NCBI GenBank assembly: GCA_038893355.1
Contig: JAWARQ010000002.1
Span: forward strand, 64,001-128,000
Length of the DNA stretch: 64,000 bases
Reading direction: 5' to 3'
From: Sulfolobaceae archaeon
GTDB taxonomy: Archaea > Thermoproteota > Thermoprotei_A > Sulfolobales > Sulfolobaceae
Shown: piece after piece, positions 9,898 to 20,169 of the stretch
Layout of the letters: each line of letters starts with the position of its first letter
Position numbering within the stretch: the stretch's first letter is position 1
Translations under genes and position numbers: made by a program
The notes under the pieces: model-generated
Databases searched by the model: none
Told to the model about the DNA's origin: nothing
What the model saw: the letters and a program-made list of their open reading frames with translations, nothing else

Positions 9898-10258
9898 TAT
9901 AGGAAGTTGATTAGGATTGTATTGAGTGTTTGATATAATAATAAGCCTTACGAGCCTAAGTGATTGAGGAACCCTCCCCTAATCGCCACGTGGGCCCTTT
10001 AGACCCACGTGGTAATGTTAGCTTACACTATGCTTGAAATATGACCGAAAGATTTATTACTAAACGCCAGGCTGCATAGAAATATCCAAACAACTTAATT
10101 GCTAATTTTTCGAAATTCTTTAGTATTAGTATATAGATAACAAGGGCTAATTAAAATTATAAATTATATTATATAATTAAAAAGATAAAAAATTATTTTA
10201 TTATTTTTAATTAAATTATGAATACATCTAAAAATTGAAATTTAATTTTAAAACTTTA

Positions 10259-10344
10259 CGCCGGGGGCGGGATTTGAACCCGCGCGGGGGAAACCCCCAG
10301 CGGCTTAGCAGGCCGCCGCCCTGGCCAGACTAGGCGACCCCGGC
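10259..10344 (-). tRNA. tRNA-Ser(GCT)
   Basis: GCCGGGG/CCCCGGC acceptor stem, GCGGC-CT-GCT-AA-GCCGC anticodon arm, long variable arm, GGTTCAAATCC. Confidence 0.97.
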
Positions 10345-10399
10345 AATATATCATATTTATTTACTCCTTAAAAACTCTTATTCACTTAGAATTGATTTC

Positions 10400-10470
10400 T
10401 TGTCATCTTCACAGAGGCGAGGGCTATCCATCTTCACCTTAAAGAAGCAAGCTTCCTGTCCTCAACCCAT
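10400..10470. mobile_element. Degenerate IS200/IS605-type end remnant
   Basis: CATCTTCACCTTAAAGAAGCAAGCTTCC looks like a decayed CATCCCCGCCCT-AAGGGCGAGGCTTCC terminal hairpin (compare 47114). Confidence 0.35.
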
Positions 10471-10902
10471 ATAGAACATTCCGATTTTGTAAGGATAAAT
10501 ATAAACTTACTAAACATCCCAAAATTTGGTTTAGTTTGCTAGGTGAGAAGTAAAGATATTTTATTCTAATCTTAACTTCTAGATGCTAAGGGTCAAGGAA
10601 CCAATGCTAAGAAATTCTATAAAACGCTCTTGAATATTCTTAAGAGCTCATAATTTTGATGAGAGAAAAACAATACCCAGAAGAGAACTTTACTTTATAA
10701 CGCGCTTAGAACTATAGTCATACATTAAAGAGATCTCTATACTATTCTATACTATTCTCTTGTTATAAATTTACCGTTGACGAAAAATTATATAATTACT
10801 ATACCTTAAGCTGTATTTTATCACTAGTTATTTGTAATTTTATAACAAATGCATGTTTAAATGCAATAAGATTTTTTATATTAGATATACAAAGCCCTAG
10901 TA

Positions 10903-11195
10903 ATGAGTCATGTGGATGAAATATTAAAAAAGAGATCATATTTTTAGAGCTATCTAATATAATGTCGATTAAAGAATATCGGATGATTAATTTAAAAGTT
11001 GTAAATAGCATACCTAAATTTTTAGATAACATTTTACCGAAAACCGTTAATAAGATTTTGATACTTTTACCATCGCAAATGTTAGGAGAGTGTAAAAAAG
11101 TAAAGGAAGAAGTGAATTTAATCAGAAAAGCAGAAGTAGTTTGTATTTATGGAATAGCGATTGATAAGGATACAATTTTGATTGGATTTTCATAA
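10903..11195 (+). pseudogene. Small hypothetical gene with a single-base frameshift
   Basis: TTTTTATA lies 23-30 nt before ATG 10903. Removing one A from the A5 run (10926-10930) joins MSHVDEILK to EIIFLELSNI and the 77-aa ORF. Confidence 0.4.
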
Positions 11196-11304
11196 TTTTA
11201 ATTATTACTGTAAAAACTCTATAATGTTAGAATATATCCTGCTTAAAAAAATAGATGATTAAACACATATAAATTTTAAAAATTACTAGGTAAACTTTAA
11301 TCTG

Positions 11305-13875
11305 ATGATTAGGAGAAATTACAAGAAGCTTATTGAAGATATAAATTATTACCCTCTTATGGATTTAGAAGAATTAGGTTTTAAAATTTCTAAATTACCT
11401 TATTCTATTAAGATACTTATCGAAAATGTTTATAGAAATTTAGATGGGGAAAAGATTACTGAGGAAGATTTAGAAGCAATAGCAAATTGGAAAGTAGGAA
11501 AGGAGTTTGCATTCTTACCCAGTAGAGTAGTACTACAAGATTATACTGGTGTTCCGCTTTTAGTTGACCTAGCTGCAATGAGGTCCGAATTAAAGAGGAG
11601 AGGATTACCGGCTGATAAAATAAATCCAATAATTCCGTCTGACTTAGTAATAGATCATTCAGTCCAAGTTGATTATTATGGTACCAGTAAATCTTTGCTT
11701 TTAAATATGAAGAAAGAATTTGAAAGAAATCTAGAGAGATATAAATTCCTTAAATGGGCCCAATCGAGTTTTAAAAATCTTAGAGTAGTCCCGCCTGGGA
11801 ATGGAATTGTGCATCAAGTAAATTTAGAGTATCTAAGTAAAGTAATAGATGTTAGGGAATTTAATGGAGTAAAAATAGCATTCCCTGAAGTAGTTATAGG
11901 TACAGATTCCCATACTCCGATGGTTAATGGACTTTCAGTATTAGCATGGGGAGTAGGAGGATTAGAAGCAGAGGCTGTAATGTTAGGAGAGCCATATTAT
12001 ATGCAAGTACCGGAAGTCGTTGGAGTGAAACTAGTAGGAGAGCCGGTAGAAGGTGTTACAACTACTGATATTGTCTTATATATAACAGAACAGTTGAGAA
12101 AGAAAGGAGTTGTGAACAAGTTTGTAGAATTTTTCGGACCAGGTCTTTCTCTACTTTCAGTTCCTGAGAGAGCTACAATAGGAAATATGGCACCAGAATA
12201 TGGTGCAACAGTAGGATTTTTCCCAATAGATAATGAGACGTTGAAATATCTAGAAGCTACTGGAAGAAATTCTAAGATTGTTGAAATTTACTCAAAGGTT
12301 CAAGGACTATTCTATTCGTACGAACCAATTTATACTGAGGTCGTAGAAATTGACTTATCAAAAATAGAACCCTCAATTGCTGGTCCACGTAATCCGGATG
12401 AGAGAATTCCATTAAATAGAGCTAAAGAGACAGTATCTTCTTTAATTAGGAAAGAAAGAAGAGTATGTGGGGAGATATTTGATGGTGCAGTTGCACTGGC
12501 TGCAATAACTAGTTGCACTAACACCTCAAATCCTTCAGTATTAATAGGAGCTGGATTATTAGCTAAAAATGCAATAGCATATGGTTTAAGAACTAAGCCC
12601 TATGTTAAAACCAGTTTTGCCCCTGGCTCACCAGTGGTTGTTGAATATTTAAAGAATGCCGGATTATTGCCTTATCTAGAAGCTTTAGGATTCCATATAG
12701 TAGGATTCGGATGCACTACATGTATAGGTAACTCTGGACCATTACCAAAATCTGTCGAAGAGTGTGTAAAGAATAATGATATTCAAGTTTTTGGTGTTAT
12801 TAGTGGTAATAGAAACTTTGAAGGAAGAATCCATCCCCTACTAAAAGGTACTTTCTTAGCTTCGCCTATATTAGTAGTCGCATATGCATTAGCTGGAAGA
12901 ATAGATATAAATTTTGAAAAGGAACCTATAGGTTATACTCCTTATGGAGATCCAGTGTATTTAAGGGATATATGGCCTACACAATCTCAGGTCAAGGAGT
13001 ATATTAAACTAGCCTATGATCCTACGCTATATATTGAGAAATATAAGAGAATATTTGAAGGTGATGAAAATTGGAAATCCTTAGATGTACCTTTAGCCTC
13101 AGATACTTATAACTGGGATGAGAAGTCAACGTATATAAAGGAACCACCTTGGTTTTCTGGAATAATAAAGCCGATAAGTGATGATATAGTTAATGCCAGA
13201 ATATTATTACTTTTAGGCGATAAAGTAACTACAGACCACATTTCACCAGCAGGACCCATCTCTCCAGACTCGCCAGCAGGAAAGTTACTAATCGAAGCTG
13301 GAGAAAAAGATCTTAACACTTATGGCGCAAGAAGAGGAAACCATGAAGTAATGTGGAGGGGAGGATTTGCAAATCCAAAATTGAAAAATCTATTAGTTGA
13401 TAAAGAGGGTGGATTTACTATTCATTTCCCAAGTGGGAAAATTGCATCAGTATATGAGGTATCTGAAATATATAGGAAAGAAAATACCCCATTGGTAATT
13501 GTAGCAGGTAAGCAATATGGATCTGGAAGCTCAAGGGATTGGGCTGCCAAGGTTACTGCACTATTAGGTGTTAAGGCAGTTTTAGCAGAATCTTTTGAAA
13601 GAATACATAGAAGTAACTTAGTTGCAATGGGTGTGCTTCCGATACAAATTCCAGATTGGAGAAAGTTAGGAATTAAAGGTGATGAGTTAGTAAACATTAG
13701 AGGTTTAAAGAATCTTGAACCTAGGAAAGAGGTTGAGGTAGAATTCATAAGGCAAAATGAGTCTATAAAGATTAAAGGGATTGCATTAATAAATACGAAA
13801 ATAGAATTGGAGTACTTAAAGCAAGGTGGAATTTTAAACTATGTATTTAAAAAATTCTTAGATGTTAAGGGCTAG
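11305..13875 (+). CDS. acnA: Aconitate hydratase AcnA
   Basis: QDYTGVP, DHSVQVD, GTDSHT, SCTNTSNP, GCTTCIGNSG, YGSGSSRDWAAK. Confidence 0.98.
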   Translation: MIRRNYKKLIEDINYYPLMDLEELGFKISKLPYSIKILIENVYRNLDGEKITEEDLEAIANWKVGKEFAFLPSRVVLQDYTGVPLLVDLAAMRSELKRRGLPADKINPIIPSDLVIDHSVQVDYYGTSKSLLLNMKKEFERNLERYKFLKWAQSSFKNLRVVPPGNGIVHQVNLEYLSKVIDVREFNGVKIAFPEVVIGTDSHTPMVNGLSVLAWGVGGLEAEAVMLGEPYYMQVPEVVGVKLVGEPVEGVTTTDIVLYITEQLRKKGVVNKFVEFFGPGLSLLSVPERATIGNMAPEYGATVGFFPIDNETLKYLEATGRNSKIVEIYSKVQGLFYSYEPIYTEVVEIDLSKIEPSIAGPRNPDERIPLNRAKETVSSLIRKERRVCGEIFDGAVALAAITSCTNTSNPSVLIGAGLLAKNAIAYGLRTKPYVKTSFAPGSPVVVEYLKNAGLLPYLEALGFHIVGFGCTTCIGNSGPLPKSVEECVKNNDIQVFGVISGNRNFEGRIHPLLKGTFLASPILVVAYALAGRIDINFEKEPIGYTPYGDPVYLRDIWPTQSQVKEYIKLAYDPTLYIEKYKRIFEGDENWKSLDVPLASDTYNWDEKSTYIKEPPWFSGIIKPISDDIVNARILLLLGDKVTTDHISPAGPISPDSPAGKLLIEAGEKDLNTYGARRGNHEVMWRGGFANPKLKNLLVDKEGGFTIHFPSGKIASVYEVSEIYRKENTPLVIVAGKQYGSGSSRDWAAKVTALLGVKAVLAESFERIHRSNLVAMGVLPIQIPDWRKLGIKGDELVNIRGLKNLEPRKEVEVEFIRQNESIKIKGIALINTKIELEYLKQGGILNYVFKKFLDVKG

Positions 13876-15139
13876 AATAAGGGGAATCTATGCTACTGCA
13901 TTAACATATATTTTTTCCAATATTTTTAAAATAGTGCAACAATCTTTAGAAATCTCTCAAAGATTCAATAAAGAAATAATTAAAGAACCAGCAGAAGTTA
14001 CTATTAAGGACAGTGAGGAAGATAAGGGAAAATTGATTGTAATAAGTGAAAAGGATATACTCGATATCTTAAAGCAAGTATTTAAGTATTCATTTATCTG
14101 GAAATCCCCAGTAAAATTATATGAGGTAATAGAAACAGATGAAGAATGCAAATATAAAGGGTTCATAGTAGAACCTTGCATAAATAAGGGAATGGTAGTA
14201 AGGAGCACATTAGACGGGAAAATTATCCTAACAGAACCGAGGGCAGTAGGGAGAAACTTAATGATCTGGAGAGGGAAGGGAAGAACGTATTTCTCCGAAC
14301 ATATAAGGGATCCATTATTAAAGGCAAAATTATTATCAATAAGTTCATCCATTAATAGAAAAGGTTATGATGTAAAATGGAGAAGTAATGCGGCATTTGC
14401 AAGTCTTGATGAGATAAAGGACGAAATTAGTAGACTGCTAATAAGACTTGAATCAGAAGACTATAAGGGACAAGGAGAAGAATTTTATACTATTACTCTA
14501 TCCTTACAAGATAAATTAGAGTTAGATGAGGTAAGAAAGAAAGTTGTACCCACTACAAAGTTTCACCATATGCTAAAACTAAGTTATGGTAAGGAGGTCG
14601 ATGAAATAGAGATGAAAGGAATAGAATGCCCAAAAGATTTACTTGAAAATTTAATTAATGAATATATTCAAATAGAACATATAAAATTTGATAATAAATT
14701 AAAATTAAAAGCTGGCAAGGTTATTAAGTATAGTATCTATGAATGTGGATATGAAATTTTACTAAAAAGAGAATTTAATAGTCAAGGCATTTATGATGGT
14801 TTAGGAGTTAGTAAAGAGCCTGGAGACTATGATCTAATGTATGTAAACTCTAGTAACTGGTATCAGATACATAAATATTATTCTAAAGATAATAAATTAA
14901 AAGGAATTTACATAAATATTTCAACACCACCGGAATTATTAAGAGGAAGTATAAGATATTTAGACCTTGAATTAGATGTGGTAGTTAAAGAAGGTGGAGA
15001 AGTATACATTATAGATAAAGAAGAGTTAGAGAGAAAAAGAGATCTACTTACTGAAAGCTTATACAATACTGCACTACGAAAAGCCGAAGAGATTGTTAGA
15101 GATATTAAAAATGGAAATTTTAAAGATTTAGTTTTCTAA
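13862..15139 (+). CDS. fau-1: FAU-1 / AU-binding ribonuclease (DUF402 C-terminus)
   Basis: [12 protein letters not shown]-terminus; [18 protein letters not shown]. Confidence 0.85.
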   Translation: MLRARIRGIYATALTYIFSNIFKIVQQSLEISQRFNKEIIKEPAEVTIKDSEEDKGKLIVISEKDILDILKQVFKYSFIWKSPVKLYEVIETDEECKYKGFIVEPCINKGMVVRSTLDGKIILTEPRAVGRNLMIWRGKGRTYFSEHIRDPLLKAKLLSISSSINRKGYDVKWRSNAAFASLDEIKDEISRLLIRLESEDYKGQGEEFYTITLSLQDKLELDEVRKKVVPTTKFHHMLKLSYGKEVDEIEMKGIECPKDLLENLINEYIQIEHIKFDNKLKLKAGKVIKYSIYECGYEILLKREFNSQGIYDGLGVSKEPGDYDLMYVNSSNWYQIHKYYSKDNKLKGIYINISTPPELLRGSIRYLDLELDVVVKEGGEVYIIDKEELERKRDLLTESLYNTALRKAEEIVRDIKNGNFKDLVF

Positions 15140-15786
15140 TTTTCTTGTAAAATTTTCTTACCATGATACATTACATTATTTGGTAAGAATGAATTTAATC
15201 GAAATACTCTATTTTCTATAGTTAAAAAACCAAATTTTTCCATGATCTTTCTTAACTCCCATGGAAAATAAAACCTATAAAATCTATATAGTTTTCTGCC
15301 ATTAAAATTACTAATTAACCATACATTCCTCCTAAATAGAAATTTAAACTGAACAAGCCATACTGTTACTATTATCTCTCCTCCTACTTTTAAAACCCTA
15401 TACATTTCTGATATAGCAAGTGAAGGGTCTGGAAGATGATGAAGCGTAGCTAGACAAAGTATTGTAGAAATACTATTATCTCTAAATGGAAGAAATTCCA
15501 TATCTGCCTGAACAAGATTTTCACATCCCCTCTTTTTAGATTCTATTAATTGTTTTTCCGCAATGTCTAAACCTATTACATACCCCTTTAATTTACTACA
15601 ATTATACCCTGCACCGCATCCAATATCTACTACTGGGTCTTTTTTAACTAAATCTAAAAATTTAGAAGGTTTTCTTCTATGAATAATGAATTCGTAAGCT
15701 TCTTTAACCCTCTCTTTAATTAAGTTCTTTTGCGAGATAGGGTCCAAAGTCACGATAGCCCCTCTTTCTATAGTATTCTTTAACAC
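15136..15786 (-). CDS. Class I SAM methyltransferase, Trm9-like (true start uncertain; track ORF overlaps elp3)
   Basis: [34 protein letters not shown] match Trm9/ALKBH8 motifs; directly downstream of elp3. Confidence 0.75.
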   Translation of the reverse strand: MLKNTIERGAIVTLDPISQKNLIKERVKEAYEFIIHRRKPSKFLDLVKKDPVVDIGCGAGYNCSKLKGYVIGLDIAEKQLIESKKRGCENLVQADMEFLPFRDNSISTILCLATLHHLPDPSLAISEMYRVLKVGGEIIVTVWLVQFKFLFRRNVWLISNFNGRKLYRFYRFYFPWELRKIMEKFGFLTIENRVFRLNSFLPNNVMYHGKKILQEN

Positions 15787-17131
15787 CTACCCCAGAAAGT
15801 ACCAGTATTCTTTTTGCATCAAATTCTTCCCTCGATATCCTTTCAGCCTCTCTAAGTAACAAAGTACCGTAACCCTTATGTTGGTAAGCCATTTCATCCC
15901 ACTCGCCTACAGGAACTTCTATTCCATAAATATGGAGCTCTCTTATTATCGTAGTTTTCTCGTCTATCTCATTTCTATGAGCCTTTTTAGACGGTACTCT
16001 TAATCTTAAGTAGCCCACTAAAATATCTTGTTCGTCTTCTAGAGATAGGAAAATTTCTATACCTTCACTTGCTTCGTATATTTCCTTCTTTAAACTAATA
16101 TTTTTAGGAGTAATATTTCTATGTAACCACATATAACCTACTTCCCTATATCTAATCTCATTAATTTTTATGCCCTTTTGTAGTGCCCTCTGCTCTACTA
16201 GTTCCCTTAAATTCCCCTTAATATTCCCAGCTAATATCACATCAGCTGGAATATCCCTCTGAATCCTCATTACCCTAACCCATTTTGGTATGTATCTATA
16301 CATTTCAGAAATTAATTCAACTAAAGTCTCTGTATCATATGGCTTATAAAGTCCTTTTTTCCAAAGATATACTAAAGGGGCAGTCTCAACTACTAGGGTA
16401 GGATAAATCTTAAGCATGTCTGGTCTAAAATCTGGATTTCTAAAAATCTCCTTAAATGCTTCTAAGTCTTTGTCTGGATCAGAGCCTGGTAATCCTAGCA
16501 TTACGTGATAAACTACCTTAAATCCCGAATCCTTTAAAATTCTAGTAGAATCTATAGAATCCTTTACAGTATGACCTCTATTCGTTATTTTTAATATTTC
16601 ATCATATATCGTCTGTACTCCTAATTCAACCTTAGTAACTCCCAAATTTAACATAATATCAGCCTGAGGTTCTTTAGCCCAATCTGGTTTAGTCTCTACG
16701 GTTATTCCGACTGCTCTATGAACTGCTTTTTCATTTCTCGTTTTAGCATCTTCAAGATAAACGAATTTTGGCTTTTCTTTACTCGGATATCTATTCATGG
16801 CTTCTAATGCCATGGTAACGAACCATTCTTGATAATCTAAAGGCATCGCAGTAAAAGTACCACCCATTATAATTAATTCAATTTTACTAGGATTATGGCC
16901 TAGATAGTAGTACTGAGAAAGCCTAGAATATACTTGATAATAAGGATCAAAATTATTCTCAATTGCTCTCATTAATGCAGGTTCTCTGCCATAATAACTT
17001 TGGGGCGTATTATATTCTACTCCACCAGGGCAAAAAATACATTTACCATGAGGACATCTACTAGGACTTGTCATAATTGCTACTATACTTACTCCAGCCA
17101 TCATCCTTGTTAACTTTCTTATAACCTTCAT
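15716..17131 (-). CDS. elp3: tRNA U34 carboxymethyltransferase Elp3
   Basis: [43 protein letters not shown] domain. Confidence 0.97.
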   Translation of the reverse strand: MKVIRKLTRMMAGVSIVAIMTSPSRCPHGKCIFCPGGVEYNTPQSYYGREPALMRAIENNFDPYYQVYSRLSQYYYLGHNPSKIELIIMGGTFTAMPLDYQEWFVTMALEAMNRYPSKEKPKFVYLEDAKTRNEKAVHRAVGITVETKPDWAKEPQADIMLNLGVTKVELGVQTIYDEILKITNRGHTVKDSIDSTRILKDSGFKVVYHVMLGLPGSDPDKDLEAFKEIFRNPDFRPDMLKIYPTLVVETAPLVYLWKKGLYKPYDTETLVELISEMYRYIPKWVRVMRIQRDIPADVILAGNIKGNLRELVEQRALQKGIKINEIRYREVGYMWLHRNITPKNISLKKEIYEASEGIEIFLSLEDEQDILVGYLRLRVPSKKAHRNEIDEKTTIIRELHIYGIEVPVGEWDEMAYQHKGYGTLLLREAERISREEFDAKRILVLSGVGVKEYYRKRGYRDFGPYLAKELN

Positions 17132-17193
17132 CTAATTATGATAGTGAATTTCAAGTATTTATTCTCGTTCATTTTCAAAACATTTTAGAACAA

Positions 17194-18312
17194 ATGAAGC
17201 ATTATACTAGCGAATTGGATAAAATATATGCATATGCAAACGCAGTTGCTAGAATCTTAAAGTATCATATATCATCAGAATTGGCTTTTAAAATTGTTAA
17301 AAGTAAATATTCACTGAATAATTTAGATTTTAGTGAATTTCTTAAAATAATTAAATATTTTTGGTATTATAAAGAAATTTATCCATTCAGAGATATAAAT
17401 GAAATTATTGAGATCATATTAAAATCTCCAAATGAAAAAATAGATATATCTAAAATATTGCCAGATTGGATGTATGAAAAATTATTTAAATACATAGGTG
17501 AGGAAGGTATTAAAGGCATATTTGAAAGGAAGTATTGGATAAGAATAAATAAACTAAAAGGGGATGTAGATAAAGTTGTAAAGAGACTAGAAAATCAAGG
17601 ATTTACTTTAGTCCAAGATGAAAATTTTTCTAATCTATTCTATATAGAGGAATCACCATATCCAATATCTAGAACTAAAGAATTTAAAGAAGGTCTAGTA
17701 ATTCCCAATGATAAGTCAAGCATGCTAGTGGTCTCAGCGTTAAATCCTAAGCCTAATGAAGTTATTTTAGAAATAGGTAGTGCACCCGGAATTAAGACTA
17801 GTATTATTCAAGAATTTACTGAGAATAAAGCAAGAGTAATATGTGTTGACCTCTCAGAAAGAAGGATAAATACTCAAAAAAAGTTAATGAAAAAATTAGG
17901 AGTAGATAATATTGAATTGGTAAATGCTGATGCATTAAATTTATCATTAAGAAATTTCGATATTGATAAAATATTATTAGATGCACCGTGTAGCAACAGT
18001 GGAACGATCAATACGGATCCTAGTATTATTATAAAACTAAATAAAGATTTAGTGAATTTCTATTCAAAACTTCAACGAAAACTTCTCTATAGATTATCTT
18101 TATTAGAAAAACCCATAGTATTCTCTACCTGCTCCCTTTTTTATGATGAAGGTGAAAAAGTTGTAGAGAATTTTTCAAAATACTTAAAAAGACCATTAAA
18201 TTTAGATAAAAGTTATAATGGTTATGGGAAAAATTCTGATAAAGTAATTAGGACTTTTCCACATAAGCATAAAACTCAAGGATTTTTTATTTCGCTAATA
18301 GATTTATCTTGA
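17194..18312 (+). CDS. RsmB/NOP2 (NSUN) RNA m5C methyltransferase
   Basis: SAPGIKT, LDAPCSNSG, FSTCS, FPH...GFF. Confidence 0.92.
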   Translation: MKHYTSELDKIYAYANAVARILKYHISSELAFKIVKSKYSLNNLDFSEFLKIIKYFWYYKEIYPFRDINEIIEIILKSPNEKIDISKILPDWMYEKLFKYIGEEGIKGIFERKYWIRINKLKGDVDKVVKRLENQGFTLVQDENFSNLFYIEESPYPISRTKEFKEGLVIPNDKSSMLVVSALNPKPNEVILEIGSAPGIKTSIIQEFTENKARVICVDLSERRINTQKKLMKKLGVDNIELVNADALNLSLRNFDIDKILLDAPCSNSGTINTDPSIIIKLNKDLVNFYSKLQRKLLYRLSLLEKPIVFSTCSLFYDEGEKVVENFSKYLKRPLNLDKSYNGYGKNSDKVIRTFPHKHKTQGFFISLIDLS

Positions 18313-18380
18313 TATTAGAAAGAACGAGAATAATGGAAATACTTAATACTATGAAGAATGAATAAGATACTTTTAATACT

Positions 18381-19049
18381 TTGAATTCAAGAATGAATTT
18401 TATGGCTAATAAAGGAGGATTAGGAGAAGTAGTTTATGAAAAACTTAAGCAGGATATTCTCTCCGGAAAATTCTCACCTAAGGATAAGTTAAATGAAAAT
18501 GCTATTGCAGAACTTTATAAAGTAAGTAGAACTCCAGTTAGAGAAGCTCTACAAAAGTTAGCAAAAGAAGGATTAGTAGTGAAGAAAGAAGATGGCTATT
18601 ATGTAGCATATTTAACAAAGGAAGAGATATTAAAGGTTTTTGAAGCAAGGATTGCACTTGAGACGTATATAGCTAGTAAAGTTTCATCTATAAAAAATTT
18701 AGAAAAAATTAAAAAGTTATCAGAAATAATAAATGATTTAGAAAAAATTAAGGAAAATAATGATAAAATAAAAGAGATAGAAGAATTAATAAATAGGTTT
18801 CATTTAGAGCTAGCTAAGGCTTCTGATAACGAATTCCTTTATGAGTTTGTAGAGCAATTGTTATCTAGGTTAATTGTGACTAAAATTTCTTCTGTTATAG
18901 TAACTGAAATGAAGTTATCCATAATTGAGAGACTAAAGAAAATTCTCGAAGAATTAGAAGCTAATAATCCAGAAATGGCAAGGAATGAGATGAAAAACTA
19001 TCTTGAAGCATTAGTTGATTATATAAAGAAAACCGTAATAATTATTTAA
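18381..19049 (+). CDS. GntR/FadR-family transcriptional regulator
   Basis: VSRTPVREALQKLAKEGLV; FCD domain with FH. Confidence 0.92.
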   Translation: MNSRMNFMANKGGLGEVVYEKLKQDILSGKFSPKDKLNENAIAELYKVSRTPVREALQKLAKEGLVVKKEDGYYVAYLTKEEILKVFEARIALETYIASKVSSIKNLEKIKKLSEIINDLEKIKENNDKIKEIEELINRFHLELAKASDNEFLYEFVEQLLSRLIVTKISSVIVTEMKLSIIERLKKILEELEANNPEMARNEMKNYLEALVDYIKKTVIII

Positions 19050-20059
19050 AACATTGCTGCTACCAATTCATCTTCTTTAACTTCAACATCTTCCTCTCCA
19101 CTTATTCCTATCTCTGGCATAGATGGGACTTTAATTCCGTATTTCTTTAATCCGCCGGCAATTCTAATCACTGCCTCTTTCCAAATTTTTTCCCTTTCAT
19201 CTAAAGGCGGTATACCTAAACCGCCTAAATTTGCAAGTTCCTCCATTTTTTCATGAACCTCCAAATACCATGCAGGTAATTTCCAAAATTCCTTAGGAGG
19301 TCTATAGGTAATTAATGAAAGAAATACGAAGCCGGCCCTTATTTGCTTGGTTATAAAACTCTTTTTCTCATCATTCATCTTAGCTACATTCTCATGTAGT
19401 AATAGATGAGTAAAAGCGTAATGCCTAGTTTCATCGGTTGTTAAATTCCTAAATGCTTGCCTAAAAGTAGGTATCTTACTTCTGTCCTTCATACTACTGA
19501 AAATTGAGGTTGCAGCAGCTTCTCCCATCATAAATGAAGTGAATAAGACATCCAAAGTATATTTTTTATAGGCCTCTAGATATCCTTTCCAATACCTAGA
19601 ACCATTCCACCATACCCACTCAACATTTAATATAGCCTTTCTTTCTAAATCGTCTTTTGGTTTATAATTAAATGGAAATCCAGGAATTGCATTCTCTATA
19701 GCAAGCCCGCATAGAACATTATGTCTATTCTCGTCATAAGTTATTGTAGTAAGCAAGGCTCTTACTGGTAATGGCATTTTCTTTTCGGTAGCTTTGATTA
19801 ATGCATAGGCAAATACTGGCGTTGCGTTATCGAAATTGGAAAGTAGTGCCCACCAATAAGCAATAGCAAACCTCTGTTTATGATCTAATCCATTAATTAT
19901 CTCTTTATAGCTTTCCCAATCTAGCTCTTCCTCATCCCATTGCTCTCTCTTAGCTCTTCTATACAACTTCCACGCTAAATTATTATCAAAATCCCATTTA
20001 GGTGGATATATATTATCTTCAGGATATATTGGGTCGTTATCATAATTTATATTTTCCAT
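19046..20059 (-). CDS. Ferritin-like di-iron carboxylate protein (R2/AurF-like)
   Basis: Paired DENRH and DETRH (ExxH) motifs with an intervening GE; LYRRAKREQW N-terminus. Confidence 0.8.
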   Translation of the reverse strand: MENINYDNDPIYPEDNIYPPKWDFDNNLAWKLYRRAKREQWDEEELDWESYKEIINGLDHKQRFAIAYWWALLSNFDNATPVFAYALIKATEKKMPLPVRALLTTITYDENRHNVLCGLAIENAIPGFPFNYKPKDDLERKAILNVEWVWWNGSRYWKGYLEAYKKYTLDVLFTSFMMGEAAATSIFSSMKDRSKIPTFRQAFRNLTTDETRHYAFTHLLLHENVAKMNDEKKSFITKQIRAGFVFLSLITYRPPKEFWKLPAWYLEVHEKMEELANLGGLGIPPLDEREKIWKEAVIRIAGGLKKYGIKVPSMPEIGISGEEDVEVKEDELVAAMF

Positions 20060-20169
20060 ACTATCACATATATATGTTATTAATTGTTATATATAAGCAT
20101 TACTACAATAAACTCTTAACCTTAGTTTCTACAATTATAATATCTTTTTATAAAAAACAAATAAAAATT

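Larger units (their letters stand above)
6707..9998. repeat. 14-bp direct repeat GCCACGTGGGCCCT (6707-6720 and 9985-9998)
   Basis: Exact GC-rich match in AT-rich DNA. The right copy is part of the hairpin CCACGTGGG-N9-CCCACGTGG. Confidence 0.85.
6646..10075. mobile_element. Non-autonomous element bounded by 71-bp imperfect inverted repeats and carrying a peptide/rSAM/MFS operon
   Basis: 6646-6716 vs reverse complement of 10004-10074: 58/71 identical, ungapped (hand alignment). ATAGAAA direct repeat at 6639-6645 and 10076-10082. No intact transposase inside. Confidence 0.85.

Noticed and set aside
6646-10344. tRNA-Ser-integrated virus or plasmid
   Set aside because: No integrase and no duplicated tRNA 3' fragment; the boundaries are transposon-type and about 180 bp from the tRNA
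10470-10900. Short ORF fragments and the 10799-11032 minus-strand ORF
   Set aside because: Interrupted by stops, no recognisable motifs, and overlaps a better plus-strand candidate
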